Source: Azolla caroliniana (Eukaryota; Plantae; Polypodiophyta). Taken from it: a DNA stretch of 64,000 nt. A program made the position numbers and the translations under genes. The stretch's first letter is position 1. Each line of letters begins with the position of its first letter. Location: assembly GCA_043228905.1 (NCBI GenBank), contig JBHGNT010000006.1, positions 21,576,001 to 21,640,000 on the forward strand. The letters run 5' to 3'. Positions 40,355 to 54,532 of this stretch are shown here, one piece after another. A model generated the notes under the pieces. It saw nothing but the letters and a program-made list of their open reading frames with translations. It had not been told where the DNA came from and ran no database searches.

Positions 40355-40628
40355 TGTAGGAACACACCTTAGGAATACCCAAGTGTGTGAACACCCCACC
40401 TCCTTGTATTATAAACTAAGTGTCATAGAAGTTAAGTCCTATGACACATATTCTGTAGGTAGTTAAGTCTCCAACTCTTTTCCAAGTCGTGGTTGTAGTG
40501 AGAGAATGTAGAGAGAAGGTGACTACATAAGCACCTTCTCATTCTCTTTGTAACTGTTGGTTCATTTCTTACTCCTTGTTAATACAATTTGCTATTTTTT
40601 GTATACTCCGTGTTTCTCTCTTTCTCTT

Positions 40629-40678
<50 letters not shown>

Positions 40679-42601
40679 TCCGTTGCACAATTATATCCAA
40701 TTCTTTACATGGTATCAAAGCGCTTGGTAGCTTGATCCAAGCCCATCACCTTCATTGTGTTGTGCCTAAGCCCGCGTTCACAAAAAACTGGCCGATCACT
40801 GTAGCAGCAACTTGCACAGTTCGTATCACAGAGAAGAAGAAGACTCAACATGAATACTCAAATGCGAGGTGCTCTTCCTACCAAGAAATTTGATAGCAAG
40901 ATCTTTCCATCTTGGGAGTATAGGATGCACCAATACCTTGTTGTTCAAGGTTATTGGAGTTACATCGAAGGAGCACACGAAAATCAACCCAACCCAACGC
41001 ATGCTGATCACACAACTTGGGAGCAAGCGGCGAGTCGTGTGTTGTATTGCCTTGCATCATGCGTCCATGATCACATGCTCGGCTATATCCGAGAGGCCAA
41101 AAAGCCCAAAGAGGTGTGGGGGAACCTCTAAAAGATATTCGCGGCCAACACAAACGAACGAAAACTTCAACTCTGCCAAGAGTTGAATGACATTCAACAG
41201 AGGGATATATCAATCACTAGCTACACCTTGAAGATCAAAGAGCCGTGCGATTACCTCGGGTCGATCAATGTCAACATTGACGATGATGAAATGGTGTAGA
41301 TATGCCTCGATGGCCTAGCTCCTTGGTTCGGTGCAATAAGGTTGGCCATCCTTGCAAGGGAGAATCCTCCCTCATTCTTCGATTTGCAATTGATGCTACT
41401 TGTTGAAGAAAATCACGTTCGAACGAGGAACAATGTGCAAGAGGACTCATGCTCTATTCGAACTCAGATGGAGGAAGGGGGCAAAGTTGTGGAAGAAGAG
41501 GCCAATTTGGTCAAGGCCGTCACAACCAAGAGCAACTTTGCGAACAAAACCTTAACTATTGGCAAGATGTTTCAAACGCACGAGGTGGAGCGTCTGGAAG
41601 AAGTTGGAGTAATCAGGCCGGACCCAGGCAACAAAACAACCCCACCCAATGCGGATATTGTGACAAATTTGGCCACTACGCAGGAGAGTGTCAGACAAAG
41701 AAAAGTGAATCGGCCTTCACAAGCCGACAACTCACCAACTACGCCTCAAATTCCGACTATGACGATCGTGGCAGAACGTTGATGATGTGGCATGGAGCGA
41801 ATTCGATGAAGACTCAGGTGCATCCAATCACATGATGTATCATGCAGATTGGTTCCGAGATCTACGAAAGCCTGAACAACCTGACTATGTGGAAACTGCG
41901 GATAACACAATTCACCCCATTCAGCATGTCAGTAATGTCCCATTCAGTGAAGAAAACAACCAAACCTACATCAAGAACGTCTTGCATGTTCCAACAATAA
42001 CGAAGAATCCGTCCTCGGTCGGCCAGATTGTGGAACAAGGCATGCAAGTTTGGTTCAATATCAAAGGATGGTTCATTGAAAAGGAAGGCCAAATTATCAC
42101 TTGCAGACGAAGAGAAGGCCGAATGTTCATCCTCGGTTCTCACGAGATGAAATCGGCAATGTTTACCAAGGGCCATAAAGCCGAGGCGGACGAGAGCTAT
42201 GCCACAAAAGAATCAGCCACATTAATCTCCAGAAGCTCAAAGGAATGCAATCAAAAGGGGTTATTATTGGACTCCCGACCTTTACCAAGAAGGAGATTAT
42301 AGGTGTATGCGAAGCCTGCTAGTTCGGTAAACAATATCGTCAACCGTTCCCGAAAGAGAGGAACGTGAGCAAAGGGATCCTGGATGTAATACATTCAAAT
42401 GTATGGGGACTAGCCCAAACAACAACATTCGGTGGTTGCCGGTACTATGTGATGTTCATCGACGACTTCTCCAGCCACACCTGGATATTCCCAATGCGGC
42501 AAAAGAGTGAAGTGTTCTCACACTTATAGAAATTCAAGAAAGAAGTCGAAAAGGCAACCGGTCAACATGTCCGATGCCTTCGATCGCACGGCGGCAAAGA
42601 G
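40355..42601 (+). mobile_element. Element K: C-family Copia 5' half inserted in the LTR of I
   Basis: LTR TGTA...TACA 40355-40709; PBS TGGTATCAAAGC; gag (CGYCDKFGHYAGEC); DSGASNHM; INT start. Confidence 0.85.
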
Positions 42602-43113
42602 TGTTGGGATTCGTTCCCTATGATTCGTGAGGAAGACTAACTATGAAATACACATTAACGTGGAAACAGAAAACAATAAATAAACAGAGGTGTAGAATGC
42701 ACACAATTTTACATGGAAACCCTAAACGGGGAAAACCACGAGAACAGAGATCCACTATACAATGGAGAATACAAAGGAGACAATATACAACACTCTCTCT
42801 CTACACAGAGTGTATCAACCACACATGGCTCTTGGCGTCTAAGCTCACATAGCTATGGTGCTGTTCTCTCTATCACACACTCTCTCTTCTCTCTGTAGCT
42901 CACAACTACAGAAACTCTACACTATTCTCATATCTAAGGCTTTGTCCTAAGTGTATTTATACTTATACACCAAATGGGCTATTTACCAATGTAGCCTCTA
43001 CTACATTCATTCCAATTATTTATACTAATAACAATATTAGTTAATTAGTCGACTAGTCGACTAGTCAAATCAACTAGCCAACTCTAGTGTCAACTCTCTA
43101 GTCGGCCCGACTA
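42602..43113 (-). mobile_element. Element L: truncated Copia LTR inserted in integrase of K
   Basis: TG start interrupts the GGKE codons; family LTR motifs in reverse orientation; joined directly to J gag. Confidence 0.7.
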
Positions 43114-44750
43114 GTCTATCACCCAAGTGGACTCTTCATTTGCAAGGTTAGCACTCATTTGCTCGCAAATGAACATAAACTCTTCTTCACATGTAACCAC
43201 AGCTGAAGTGTCCTCCTCATCAGAAATTTTCCTGGGTTCAACATCACGCGAAGCACCTTTGTCTTTCTTCAAGTGTCGGTAGTCCTTTTGGAAGTGTCCA
43301 AGCTTTCCGCAGTAAAAGCATGTGAGCTTCCCTCTAGACTTGGACCTAGCATGAGACTTGTCTCTCTTTTGTGGACTTCTTTGCTTGCTTCTTCCTCTGT
43401 CGGGATTTTGAGACATATTTGCCTCCGACTAGGATAGGACACCCTTGTTCTTCCTTCTTGCCTCCTTGTTAAGGATACTTGTCTTTACCACTTGCAAGGA
43501 CAAGTTTTCTTCTTGGCACGAGGTATTGAGAGACACCACCAGGTTCTCCCAACTGTTTGGTAGGTTACATAGAAGTAACAAAGCTTGCATAGCCTCATCT
43601 AATGGGAACTTTGCTGCTGCAAGTTGATTCACCAACCCCATGAAGGTGTTAATGTGTACCACTATGCTTTCTTCATCTTTGTACTTCAGTCTCACGATCT
43701 TTCTCATCAGAGAGGTTTTGTTGAGGGCATTCTTCCTCTCGTACAATCTTGACAGTTTGTGCCACATTTCGTAGGTGTTTGTGTTGTTAGCCACATGTTT
43801 TAGGACACTTACGTCTACACACTGTTCGATGGTGGCCACTACCTTCCTATTTAGGAGCTTCCATTCAGACTCCAATACCTCTGTGGGTATTCCACTTTTG
43901 TCTATGGTTTGTACAGATCTTTGACTATCAAAAGATCCTCTAACTTGATCTTCTAGTTAGAGTAGTTGTGTGAGTTTAGGACTATCATACCTAGGAATCC
44001 GCTCACACCTCCTTCCATTCTTGTACCTCAAGCTTTGATACCAGTTTGTTGAGTTCGAACCGTAGATATCTAAGAAAGATAGACTGAAATAGTACACAAT
44101 GTGGAAAACAAAAACAAAAACTCGATAGAGAATAAAGTAGTACACAGTATTTACGTGGAAACCCTAACATGGGGAAAACCACAGGACATTAGGCTTTCCC
44201 TATGAACAGAGGCACAAAAGAAAGATTTACAAGTCTCTGCAAAACAAAGAATACCCACTTAGGGTTTCAGCAAGTTTCACTAAACTCTGCCTCTCTCTCT
44301 CTCTCTCACTCTCACGTGTCTTCCTACTCTGTGTTACATTCTCTTCTACACTCAACTACAGAAGCTGTACACTCATCATCACCATCATAATGGTTTCCCT
44401 AGGTGTATTTATATTCATACGCAGTATGGGCTATTTACAAATGTAGTTGTTATTATTAAATTATATATAATGTATATAATAATTAATCGACCCGACTTGT
44501 CGGCCTTGTCTTCGACCATCTGGTTGGCCCAACTTTTCAACTTTGTCTTTGTCTTGGAGCATCCATCCAATGGAGTCTACTATCATAATCAACTCTATAT
44601 CTTCGTCAAGACTCAAAACCAATCGATGACACTATCGACTCATTGGTCGATCCGACCGACCATCATGTATTCGGCTTGTCGATTCGACTACCGACTCCTT
44701 CCTTCTCTTCGACTGTTGACTTCTCCCATAGGAGGGACAAATTCCTAATA
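43114..44750 (-). mobile_element. Element J: truncated Copia (5' LTR 44048-44750, PBS, gag), close relative of I
   Basis: PBS 44043-44032; gag nearly identical to 39230-40130; CFYCGKLGHFQKD. Confidence 0.88.
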
Positions 44751-45429
44751 GTTTGATCACAAATTTTCATACTATTAGGTAGGCGCCCAACAATAAACAA
44801 GACCCATTCCTAGCCACTTGCCCATGCCCCTTGCTCCAAGGTTTTCCTAATCATTGACCGATGTCACAGCGACTGCCCAGTGTCAACTCTCCTTACACAT
44901 CATATACAAACCGGGAACATGTTAGTGTCCATGTAGTTGCAATGAGACCCACGAATGAATCGAGTACTTTGAATATGGGACATTGTTACTCTTCTCACCA
45001 TGTTAGGTCTTTGTCCTTGTCCGCTCCAACACAATTCCATAGAACGTGCTAACTTTTCGTGGATTGAGAGAGTGGCATCGGGATTTCAGACTGATGCATG
45101 AAAGGATTGGATAATGTAAATCCATCGTGAATTACAAAATTGAATTTGAAATATGAGAGCATTGAACAGAGAGGATTGCATTGTCTTGTTAGTGGGTGGT
45201 TAAAATCGTCGAGAAAGTGTTTATTGGTTGTGTTGGATTTGAGATTGTATTTATTATCTCAAGTTCTCATTGTTATTACACATGAAGCATATATAGTATA
45301 CTTATCCTACTTGGTTTCATATGTTTAATTAGTTGAGATGTTGTGTAATAGTTGTTGATTAAACATTGTTGATCAAATTTTCCTTTCATTTGATGCAATG
45401 TACAAAAAACTAATGAGAGCAAATTCCTC

Positions 45430-45900
45430 TCATCTGCCTAGGTGTTTGAAGTTATGAAATGGTTCAAAAGATGGGGACAATTGGTACTCTGAGGTGATTC
45501 TATGAGATATGTGATTGCTAAGGATAGATTACTAAAGATGCTAAAATGTCAAATTTGGAATACTACATTGTGAAGCCTCAATGTTGGGCCCAACACGAGG
45601 TAAAAATGTCAAAACATATCCAGCCACTTACAACCCCCATAAAGCCTAAAACACTTCTTCGAACTCATGCGGTGCGCAAGTCAATAGCTTCATGGCATCG
45701 TCACCCAAGTATGAAGATATGTAAGGTACGCAATGAAAACCTTGTGGAGAATGAATATAACTTACTTCTTGCATGTTGACCACATAAGGTAATTCACGAG
45801 AAGTATGATGACTTTCTAGAGATGTGTGATAATTTGAATGTCATACTCGAATCTCTACCACGAAAGGAGATCACCTATCTATGTGCTTGCCTTTTCTTTA
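45430..45900 (+). pseudogene. Degenerate non-LTR (LINE) ORF2 C-terminal fragment
   Basis: KICKVRNENLVENEYNLLLAC resembles the CxxC...VEDExHFLLxC terminal motif of LINE ORF2. Confidence 0.45.
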
Positions 45901-46529
45901 TATAGAGTTCTTACTACAAAGTAGTCAATCCCTTCCAAGGAAGGAGTCACATAGAAGATGATATGTTGATTTGTTTCCATAGGTCAAATTTAGCCTCGTG
46001 GACAATGAAAATATATTCTACTCTTATTGGGTGGAGTAGGTATTTTCCTCGTCCTAGAAAGCGATGGTTTGCATATCCCTATCTGCAGACCTCCACATGT
46101 GGAGATGATTTCGCTTCCTCATAGAGAACCTTTTGACCACAGGTTGATAATTTTTTGATATTTTAATCTTTTAAGAAAGAAAAAATAATTAGTCTTCATC
46201 TTTTGGTTGGCAAATGAGAAAGTCAACATTCATTGTTGACATTATTTGTAAGGTATGTCTCAAATAGGACAAAGACAACTAAATTCATTTACCATCTTTG
46301 AGTTTTGTTGTGCTATCAATTTGGTTCTAATACTCAACTTCGACCATTGTATGTACTAGCCTGGTATTGATTGGAAGGTAAGAATAGTGGGATGAATAGT
46401 CATCCATTAAACACTTAATTATTTGGAGGGATGTAGCAACCAACACATAAGGATTAAGAGTGGGGATAGATTAATAACAAACAAATAAATGAACTCCATA
46501 CCTCAAAAATCAGTCTCTCCTTCATTATG

Positions 46530-47100
46530 TTGGTTATATTTTTAATAGAAATTTGAAAAAGCATGGATAGAGAAGAACCTTAATGTGAAATACACATAAT
46601 ATGTTTTGCATTAATTTTGACATGAAATAAGCATAGAACCTTTGTACAATGTGCAACATTTCCATCCATATAACCTTGCAAGTTTTTTGTCCATCAACTC
46701 TATGCTCGACTTTAGTTGTGCTTAAAGCACTTGCATGTTGTTCCTTCGACTCACATTGTTGTGCCAATGACCAAAATCATAATTCAACTTGTGTTTTTTG
46801 TCTATCTATTTTCCATTACAATATAGCTAAAGAGACAACTTTGGTTAGTATACATAATCCAAAATATATCATGTCTTTGATATTGTACAAGATCTTATTG
46901 ATTGCAACAATGTGTACATACTTATACACTTGCATAAATTTGCTGACATTACTAACAACATGTATGCAATATATTATCCTAAAATAGTAAGACAAATAAA
47001 CTTTCCTGCCATTTGTTGCTATCTTTTTACATCATCGGTCTAGAATCCTTCTATTCCTCTAGATATACACATGTTTCCATTGATGTTTCAACAAAATTAT
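46530..47100 (-). pseudogene. Highly degenerate Copia RT/RNase H remnant
   Basis: SKEQHASALSTTKVEHR resembles SKKQ..VALSTTEAEY. Confidence 0.55.
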
Positions 47101-47408
47101 AGTCATGCATGCTGAATAATTTCAACATATCCATCATATACTTTTTCTAACACAACATGAGACTATTAGGGTATTTCACAACCCCCAAACCAAGAAAATA
47201 TTATAATTCTCAAATATCTTTGATCTCAAACTCTATTTTAATTCCTTCTGAATATTTGATAACAAATATTCAATTCTTGTGATTATAAAATTATCAACAT
47301 GACTTATAATTATTGCACCTTGTTTGTGTTCAAATTTTGTCAAAACGCATAAATATTTGACACTTTATTATAGATAATGAATATGTATGATGGACACCAT
47401 GTCATGTC

Positions 47409-47683
47409 TATTGGGAAACAGGTCCCTCCGGATGGGATCCAGATGAGAACCAGACGAGCCGGATCAGATGAGACGAAGGAAGGAACTGGACCGGATGGAT
47501 CCGAAAGGTATCTGGATACTGGATCGGATGGATCCGGTTGGTATCCGACCGGACATATTAGTAAGTATGTTTGGATGTGACTGTTGAGGTCATATTTGTA
47601 AATAGCCCCAAAGTTATATAAGTATAAATATAGCTAGAGCAATATTGTAGTTGTTAATAATCATTATAGTTGTTGTATTGTTG

Positions 47684-47728
<45 letters not shown>

Positions 47729-50700
47729 ACCTTTCTCTGTTCTAACCGCCAGTCGGCGAAGATAGAGCTCGAGGTCGTTGCCTCTAAGTCTCCCATTGTA
47801 CCCGTCCTCTCTCATAGTGATAGTTGGAGTCTATGGGCTCCAACGGTTTTTCCCGATTAGGGTTTTCCACGTTAACATCCGGTGTCTTCTCTGTTGTCTG
47901 TGTAAGTCCATTATTGTTTTCTGTTTAATCTTCCATTTGCATTGTTCAACTCAGTTGTGGTCGAGCACTATTTTCATCAATTTGGTATCAGAGCATGGAA
48001 GATCCATTCGGCGACATGTTCAAGCTCACCGGCTCCAGCTACTAAGTGTGGAAGTCGAAGATGAGGGACATACTAGTGGTTAAGGATCTCTAGTTGCAGG
48101 TACAGTTCGGGGACAAAAGACCAGACAAGATTGATGCATCAACATGGGAGGTGATGCATATGAAGATGGCAACCTACATTCTATGCTTCATCGACATGAG
48201 CCTGTACAACAATTTCAATGAAGAGAGTAAGGCTCATGAGCTCTAGGAGAAGACAGGCATCATGTTTAAGAACAAGAATGTTGTAAATCGGCTCTCAATA
48301 TTTCGAAAGTTAGTGAGACTAAGATATCAAGACGACTCTAGCATGGCGGAGCACATGAATGCCTTCAAGGGGATTATAAATCAAACAACCTCGTTGGAAG
48401 TACCTCTAACTAATGACATACTCGCATAGCTGCTGCTCGATTCCCTCCCGGATAGTTGGGAGATGTTGGTTGTCACTGTGTGCAATGCCGGGTTAGAAGG
48501 GAAACACCTATCCCTAGTAAGGATAAAATCAAACTTACTCGATGAAGAAGCTCGCCGAAAGGACCGGGAATCCGGAACCGATCCGAAAGCCTTGGTTACA
48601 GAAGACGACAATAACCAGGCAAGAGGTCGGAATCAGACTCCCCAGAATCGGGACAAATCAGGCATGAGGTCAAAGTCAAGGGGGAGGCCCACGTGCTTCT
48701 ACTATGCATTTCCAAAAGAATTGTTGACACTTCTGGAAGGAGAAAGGTACCGACAATGCCAACTCGACGAAAGGTCCGGACTGGAGGAGTTCGGATCGGA
48801 AAGGAACGATGACAATCACAATAAGTGGGAAGAATTGTTGCTCATCACTAAGGAGAATGAGTTGCACCTAGTGAGCAATGAGACGACATGGGTTGTCGAT
48901 TCCGGAGAGTTGTTCCATATGACCCCCGACCGGAAATGTTTCTCATCTTACCGAGCTAGTGACCACAGTTCCATGCGGATGGGGAATGAAGGATCATGCC
49001 AAATAGTCGGCATAGGAAATGTGTGGTTGATGACGTCAACTAGGTGTAAGTTGTTGTTAAAAGATGTCCGACACATTTCCGGGGGTTCAGTTGAACCGTA
49101 TATCAGCTGATCGGCTGGATGACGAAAGCTACATGGGTAGCATCCAGAACAGAGTCATGAAGTTCAACAAAGGGAGCCCGATTATGGCCTGAGCCCGGAA
49201 GATCAACACCTTCTACTTGATGCATGCCCGGATATGCCGGGAGGAAGTGAACATAGCTTCCGACAATGCCAGTGAGTTGTGGCACATGAGCTAGAAAGGG
49301 ATGTGTAAACTTGCCGAGTACAACCTCATTTTGGAGATGAAAGACGTGCAACTTGAGAGGTGCACTGACTGCTTGGCCGGCAAGCAAAACCGCACCTCTT
49401 TCCGGACTAGACCACCGACCAGACAGAAAGAACCACTAGAGCTCGTGCATACCGATGAACTGAAGCCGACAACGAGTGGAAGGAGATACCCACTCAGAGA
49501 AAGGAGACCACAAACAACATATGCCAATCAATACATCCTCTTGACTGATGAAGGTGAGCTAGAGTGCTATGATGAATCCATTGCCGATGAGCACAGAGAG
49601 AAATGGTTGAGCGTGATGCAAGATGAGATGGACTCCTTGCACAAAAACTACACCTACGACATGGTAGAATTATCGAAAGGTAAGAGAGCACTCAGGAACA
49701 AATGGTTCTACAAGGTGAAGACTGGAGAAGTCGACAATACGCCTCGGTATAAAGCACACATTGTGGTGAAGGGTTTCCAACAGAAAAAGGGCGTCGACTT
49801 TGACGAAATATTCGCTCCAGTCGTGAAGATGACATCCATTACAACTGTTCTAAGCATAGCTGCCAGGATGGATCTAGAGATCGAACAGTTGGATGTCAAG
49901 ACGAAATTCTTGCACAGGTAGCTGGATGAAGAGATCTACACGCAGTAGCCTGAAGGCTTTGTGGAGAAAGGGAAAGAGAATCTTGTGTGTCGACTGAAGA
50001 AAAGCTTGTATGGACTGAAACAAGCTCCACGCCAATGGTACAAGAAGTTTGAATCCTTCATGGTGGAACATGGGTTCCAGAAAACACATGCGGATCACTA
50101 TGTGTTTGTCAAAAGGAACAATGAAGGTGATTTCTTGATTCTCTTATTATATGTAGACGACATGTTGATAGTCGGTCAAGATACAAGGAAGATCGAAAGC
50201 TTGAAGAAAGCTCTAGGAAAATCGTTTGCCATGAAAGATCTTGGTCCGGCTAAACAAATCTTAGGGATGCACATAGTTCAGGACAGAACTATGAAAGTGT
50301 TGTGGTTGTTGCAAGAGAAATATGTGACGAAGATCCTAGAAAGATTCTCCATGCCGGAAGCAAAGCCAGTCGGCTTGGTGTTGCCGAAAAACTGTAAGTT
50401 GAATTCCAAGCAATGCCCGAGATGGGATAAAGAAAAGGCTGAGATGAGGAAAGTACCATATGCCTCAGCCGTCGGCAGTTTAATGTACGTTATGATCTGC
50501 ACGAGACCAGACATAGCATTTGTTGTGGGAACAGTAAGCCGATACATGAGTAATCCAGGAAGAAAAGACTAGGCAACGGTGAAATGGATCCTCAGGTACT
50601 TAAAAGGCACCTCGGGTGTGTGTCTTAAGTATGGTGTCGGAAAACCCATGCTCGAAGGGTTTACCGATTCAGACATGTCGGGGGATGTAGACTCAAGCCG

Positions 50701-51827
50701 ATCCAAGTCAAGGTACATGATGACCTATGCAGGGGGACCAATGTCGTGGCAGTCACGACTGCAGAAGTCTGTGGCCTTGTCGACCATAGAGGCAGAGTAT
50801 ATGGCAGCAGTAGAGGCCGACAAGGAGTTGATTTGGATGAGAAACTTTCTTAGCGAGTTGGGGATGAAGCAAAGGGATTTCTTGTTTCATTGTGAAAGCC
50901 AGAGTGCCATACATCTAGCCAAGAATGTTGCATACCACTCCCGGACCAAGCACATACAAAGAAGGTATCACTGGTTGCGGGAGAAAGTCGAAGAAGGAGA
51001 GTTTACCCTCGTGAAGATCCATACTAACGACAATGGATCCGACATGCTGACAAAGAACCCACCAATGGATAGACTCAGAGTCATTCGATAGAGGACAAGA
51101 ATAACAGACTCCTCCCCATAGTAGTGAAAGGGGATTTTGTTAGGAATATGTCCCTCGAGTGGGAGGAGCCGACTGTTCGGGCCAAGAAGTGCTGACAGTC
51201 GAAGACTAGGAGGAGCCAATTGTTCGGGCCTAGTACCAATGGTTGAAGAATCAATTATGAGAGTCGACTGGGTGACTCGAAAGAAAGGAGATCTAGGTCG
51301 AAGACGCGACCGACTAGTCCGGCTAACCAGATGGTTGATGACTAGGCCGACTAGTTGGACTAACTGGACGGTCGACTCTAGAGTCAGCTAATGGCTACTT
51401 ATTATTATAAATAATAATAGCAGTGATGTGTAGTAGGGGCTACATTTGTAAATATCCAATACCGTGTATTAGTATAAAGACACCTAGGGCAAACAATGTA
51501 TTATACACAATGAGAGAGACAGAGAAGAAGCGGGAATAGAATAGGTTGAGCACCATCGTGGAGTGCGTAGAGAGAGTGTGAGTGGCACCATAGTTGTGTT
51601 TCGTAACATCAGACACTAAGAGCCCTATGAGGCTGATACACTCCACATAGAGAGTGTTGTAATCTTCTCCATTGTATACTCACTGTATAGTGAAGTCTTG
51701 CTCTTCGTGGTTTTCTCCCGTTTTAGGGTTTCCACGTTACATTTGTGTACATTGTTTTTCCTGTGTCTCAAAGTTATGTATGTCAGATTATTCCTCTCTT
51801 TGTGAGTTAATGATTCGTTTCTCAACA
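47409..51827 (+). mobile_element. Element M: chimeric Tnt1-like Copia with non-matching LTRs and deleted integrase core
   Basis: 5' LTR 47409-47979 (B/D-type), PBS 47983-47994, gag/PR. ELVHTD is fused to the post-INT linker near 49457. RT/RH, PPT, then 3' LTR 51138-51827 (F-type). Confidence 0.85.
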
Positions 51828-54532
51828 ATAAGTGTTATAACCCCCGATTGAAAACAGTCCAAGTTAGCCAAGACGTCGTTTTTGATGAATCGGCATACTG
51901 GTACTTCTCTCCACCCGAACCCGAGCCGATTGTTGTTGATGATCCGGTGGAATCCGGAACAGAGGGAAGCGTAACGGAATCTGAACATCCAGATAGTCTG
52001 ACTATCTCTCTAGATGCGTGGACTGAATCTGGATTGGTTGCGTCGGAGTGGTCAACTGGATGATGAGCGGGCAAGTAGTGAAGACTCAGTCTTGTTCTCC
52101 TTGCGCAAGGAACCGAGGAGAAGGTTCACGCGCAAAGAGAAGGGGAAGAAGAAGATGCCGGAATACAATACTGGCAGAGCTAAATCGGATCGAAGCGAAT
52201 CCGACTCCAGACAAAGCAGAGACGAACCTTCGAAAGAGAAGTCTGAGTCAGTCAAGAAGGCCAAGAAATCGGCGAATCAGGAATTGCGCCGATCCACCCG
52301 CCAGAAGAACCCCTTCAAGAGGTACGGGTATAACGAATATATGGCGCATCATTATGCATACATGGCAAAGGTGGCAGCCGAGCGTGAGCCAGAGAGCTAC
52401 GTTGAAGCGGCTAAGGATCCAAACTGGCAGAAGGCCATGGAGGAAGAGATGCATGCGCTCATGGAGAATGAGACGTGGGACTTGGTGGACGTACCGAAAG
52501 GAGTGAAGCCGATCGGTTGTCGGTGGGTATACAAGGTTAAATACAACACTAACGGTTCCGTCAACATGTACAAGGCTTGGTTAGTGGCCAAAGCCTACAC
52601 GCAACAACACGTCATCGATTACGATGAGACGATTGCGCTGGTCATGAAGATGATGACCATCCATGTTTTGCTTGCGGTGGCTGCATTGAAGGGGTGGCAT
52701 CCACATCAAATGGATGACATAAAGAACATGTTCCTACAAGGTGATCTTGCAGAACAAGTGTATATGGTTCAGCCCCCCGGATTGAACACATCAACTTTGT
52801 GCCGATTGACGAAGACCCTCTACAGAGTCAAGCAAGCCCAGTGTGCCTAGAACGCAAAGATCATGTAGAGATTGCGTCGGATGGGTTTTGCTCCGTCAAA
52901 ATTGAACTCTTCACTTTTCATCTGGCAAGGTCGGAACGAGCCGGTGAGCATAGTGCTCTATGTGGATGATCTTGTCATCGCTGGCGCTGACCTAGAAGAA
53001 ATCGGCCATGTCAAATCCTAGCTTGTAGCATCATTCGAGATGAAGGATCTAGGCGACCTTCATTACTTCCTCAAGATCGAAGTGATCTGCACCCCAGAAG
53101 GCATACTGATCAATCAACGCCACTATGTGTTGAGTATGCTCTTCAAATTCGATATAATGGAATGCAAATCCGTCTCAACTCCTCTGGACCGAAATGTGAA
53201 GCTTCACCCCGACTCCGGAACAGCATGCAAACCCGAAAAGGTTCCGACAAATAGTCAGACGCCTTATCTATCTGACCATCACCCAACTGGACCTTAGTTA
53301 TCCAGTCGTATTGGTTAGTCAATTCATGGCGCATCCGATTGTGGAGCATCTTCAATGCGCGCACCGCATCTTGAGATATGTTAGCGGCACTAAGGATAGG
53401 AGGTTGTTGTATCGGACCGGTGTAGCTGGACAACTTATCGGCTACACGGATGCCAATTGCACCGGAAATGCTGGTGACCGTAGGTCTACATCCGAATATG
53501 TGTTTTCACTTGGAAGTGCCGCGGTCACCTGGAGCAATAAGAAGCAGCCAACAGTAGCATTATTGAGCACTGAGGTCGAGTATCAAGGATTGGTTGTTGC
53601 GACATGCGAAGCCATATGGCTCAAGAGGTTCCTAAAGGATTTGCAAGTGGAGGTGTCTAATCCGACGATGATCTATTGCGACAACCTCAACAACATCCAG
53701 TTGGCAAAGACCCTTGTCTTTCACGCCCTGACAAAGCACATTGAGGTGCACTACCATTTTGTCCAAGACTGCATTCTCTCCTGTGAAGTGGAACTGTTGC
53801 ATGTTCCGACGGATCGGCTGGTAGCCAACATCTTCACCAAACCCCTTGACTTAGACAAGTTGTGGCAATTTTCCGGTGCAGTACCTCGATATGCCGAACC
53901 TTGATATGCCAAATTTGAGGGTGAGGAATGAAAGGAGGAATGAGAAAGACAACCAAAACCCAAGTCGGAAACTGACTTCGACTTCGACCCGACTAAAGAA
54001 GTTAGACTGCACGGGACGATTGAAGAAGCTAAGACCGGATGCAGGGGGAGCCACCGGAATAGAGTGAACGAGCCTGAGCCAACCGAACAAGGGGGAGGTG
54101 GAGCAAAGAAGGGCGGGAAGACCAACACACAGACGTGGGCCGATGTCGTGAATGTCAAGATTCGAACTCTTGACACGACCATGTTATAATCTAGTATTAT
54201 GAGTTAACCAAGATATCTAGTACATAGTTATGTATGTAATTGGTCCTTATTATTTTGCTAGCATCATGTGCATAGTTGCTCCCTTGTAGTATTTTTGGCA
54301 CATGCATGTAGGTACACATGCGTGCAACAAGTATGCATGCCATGTAGTATAAATAGAAGAGTTCACCTTGAAGGAATTCAAGGTGAACAACACCAGTTAT
54401 GGAGTCTTTCCTTTAATACTATCTTCTTTCTTGTCCATTTGGTTATCTTCTTGCTTGTCTCTTGAGTTTATGATCCGTGACAGTTTGTTCACCTTCCCAT
54501 CCTCATAGCTCTCCCTCTCATAAGCCATAGCT

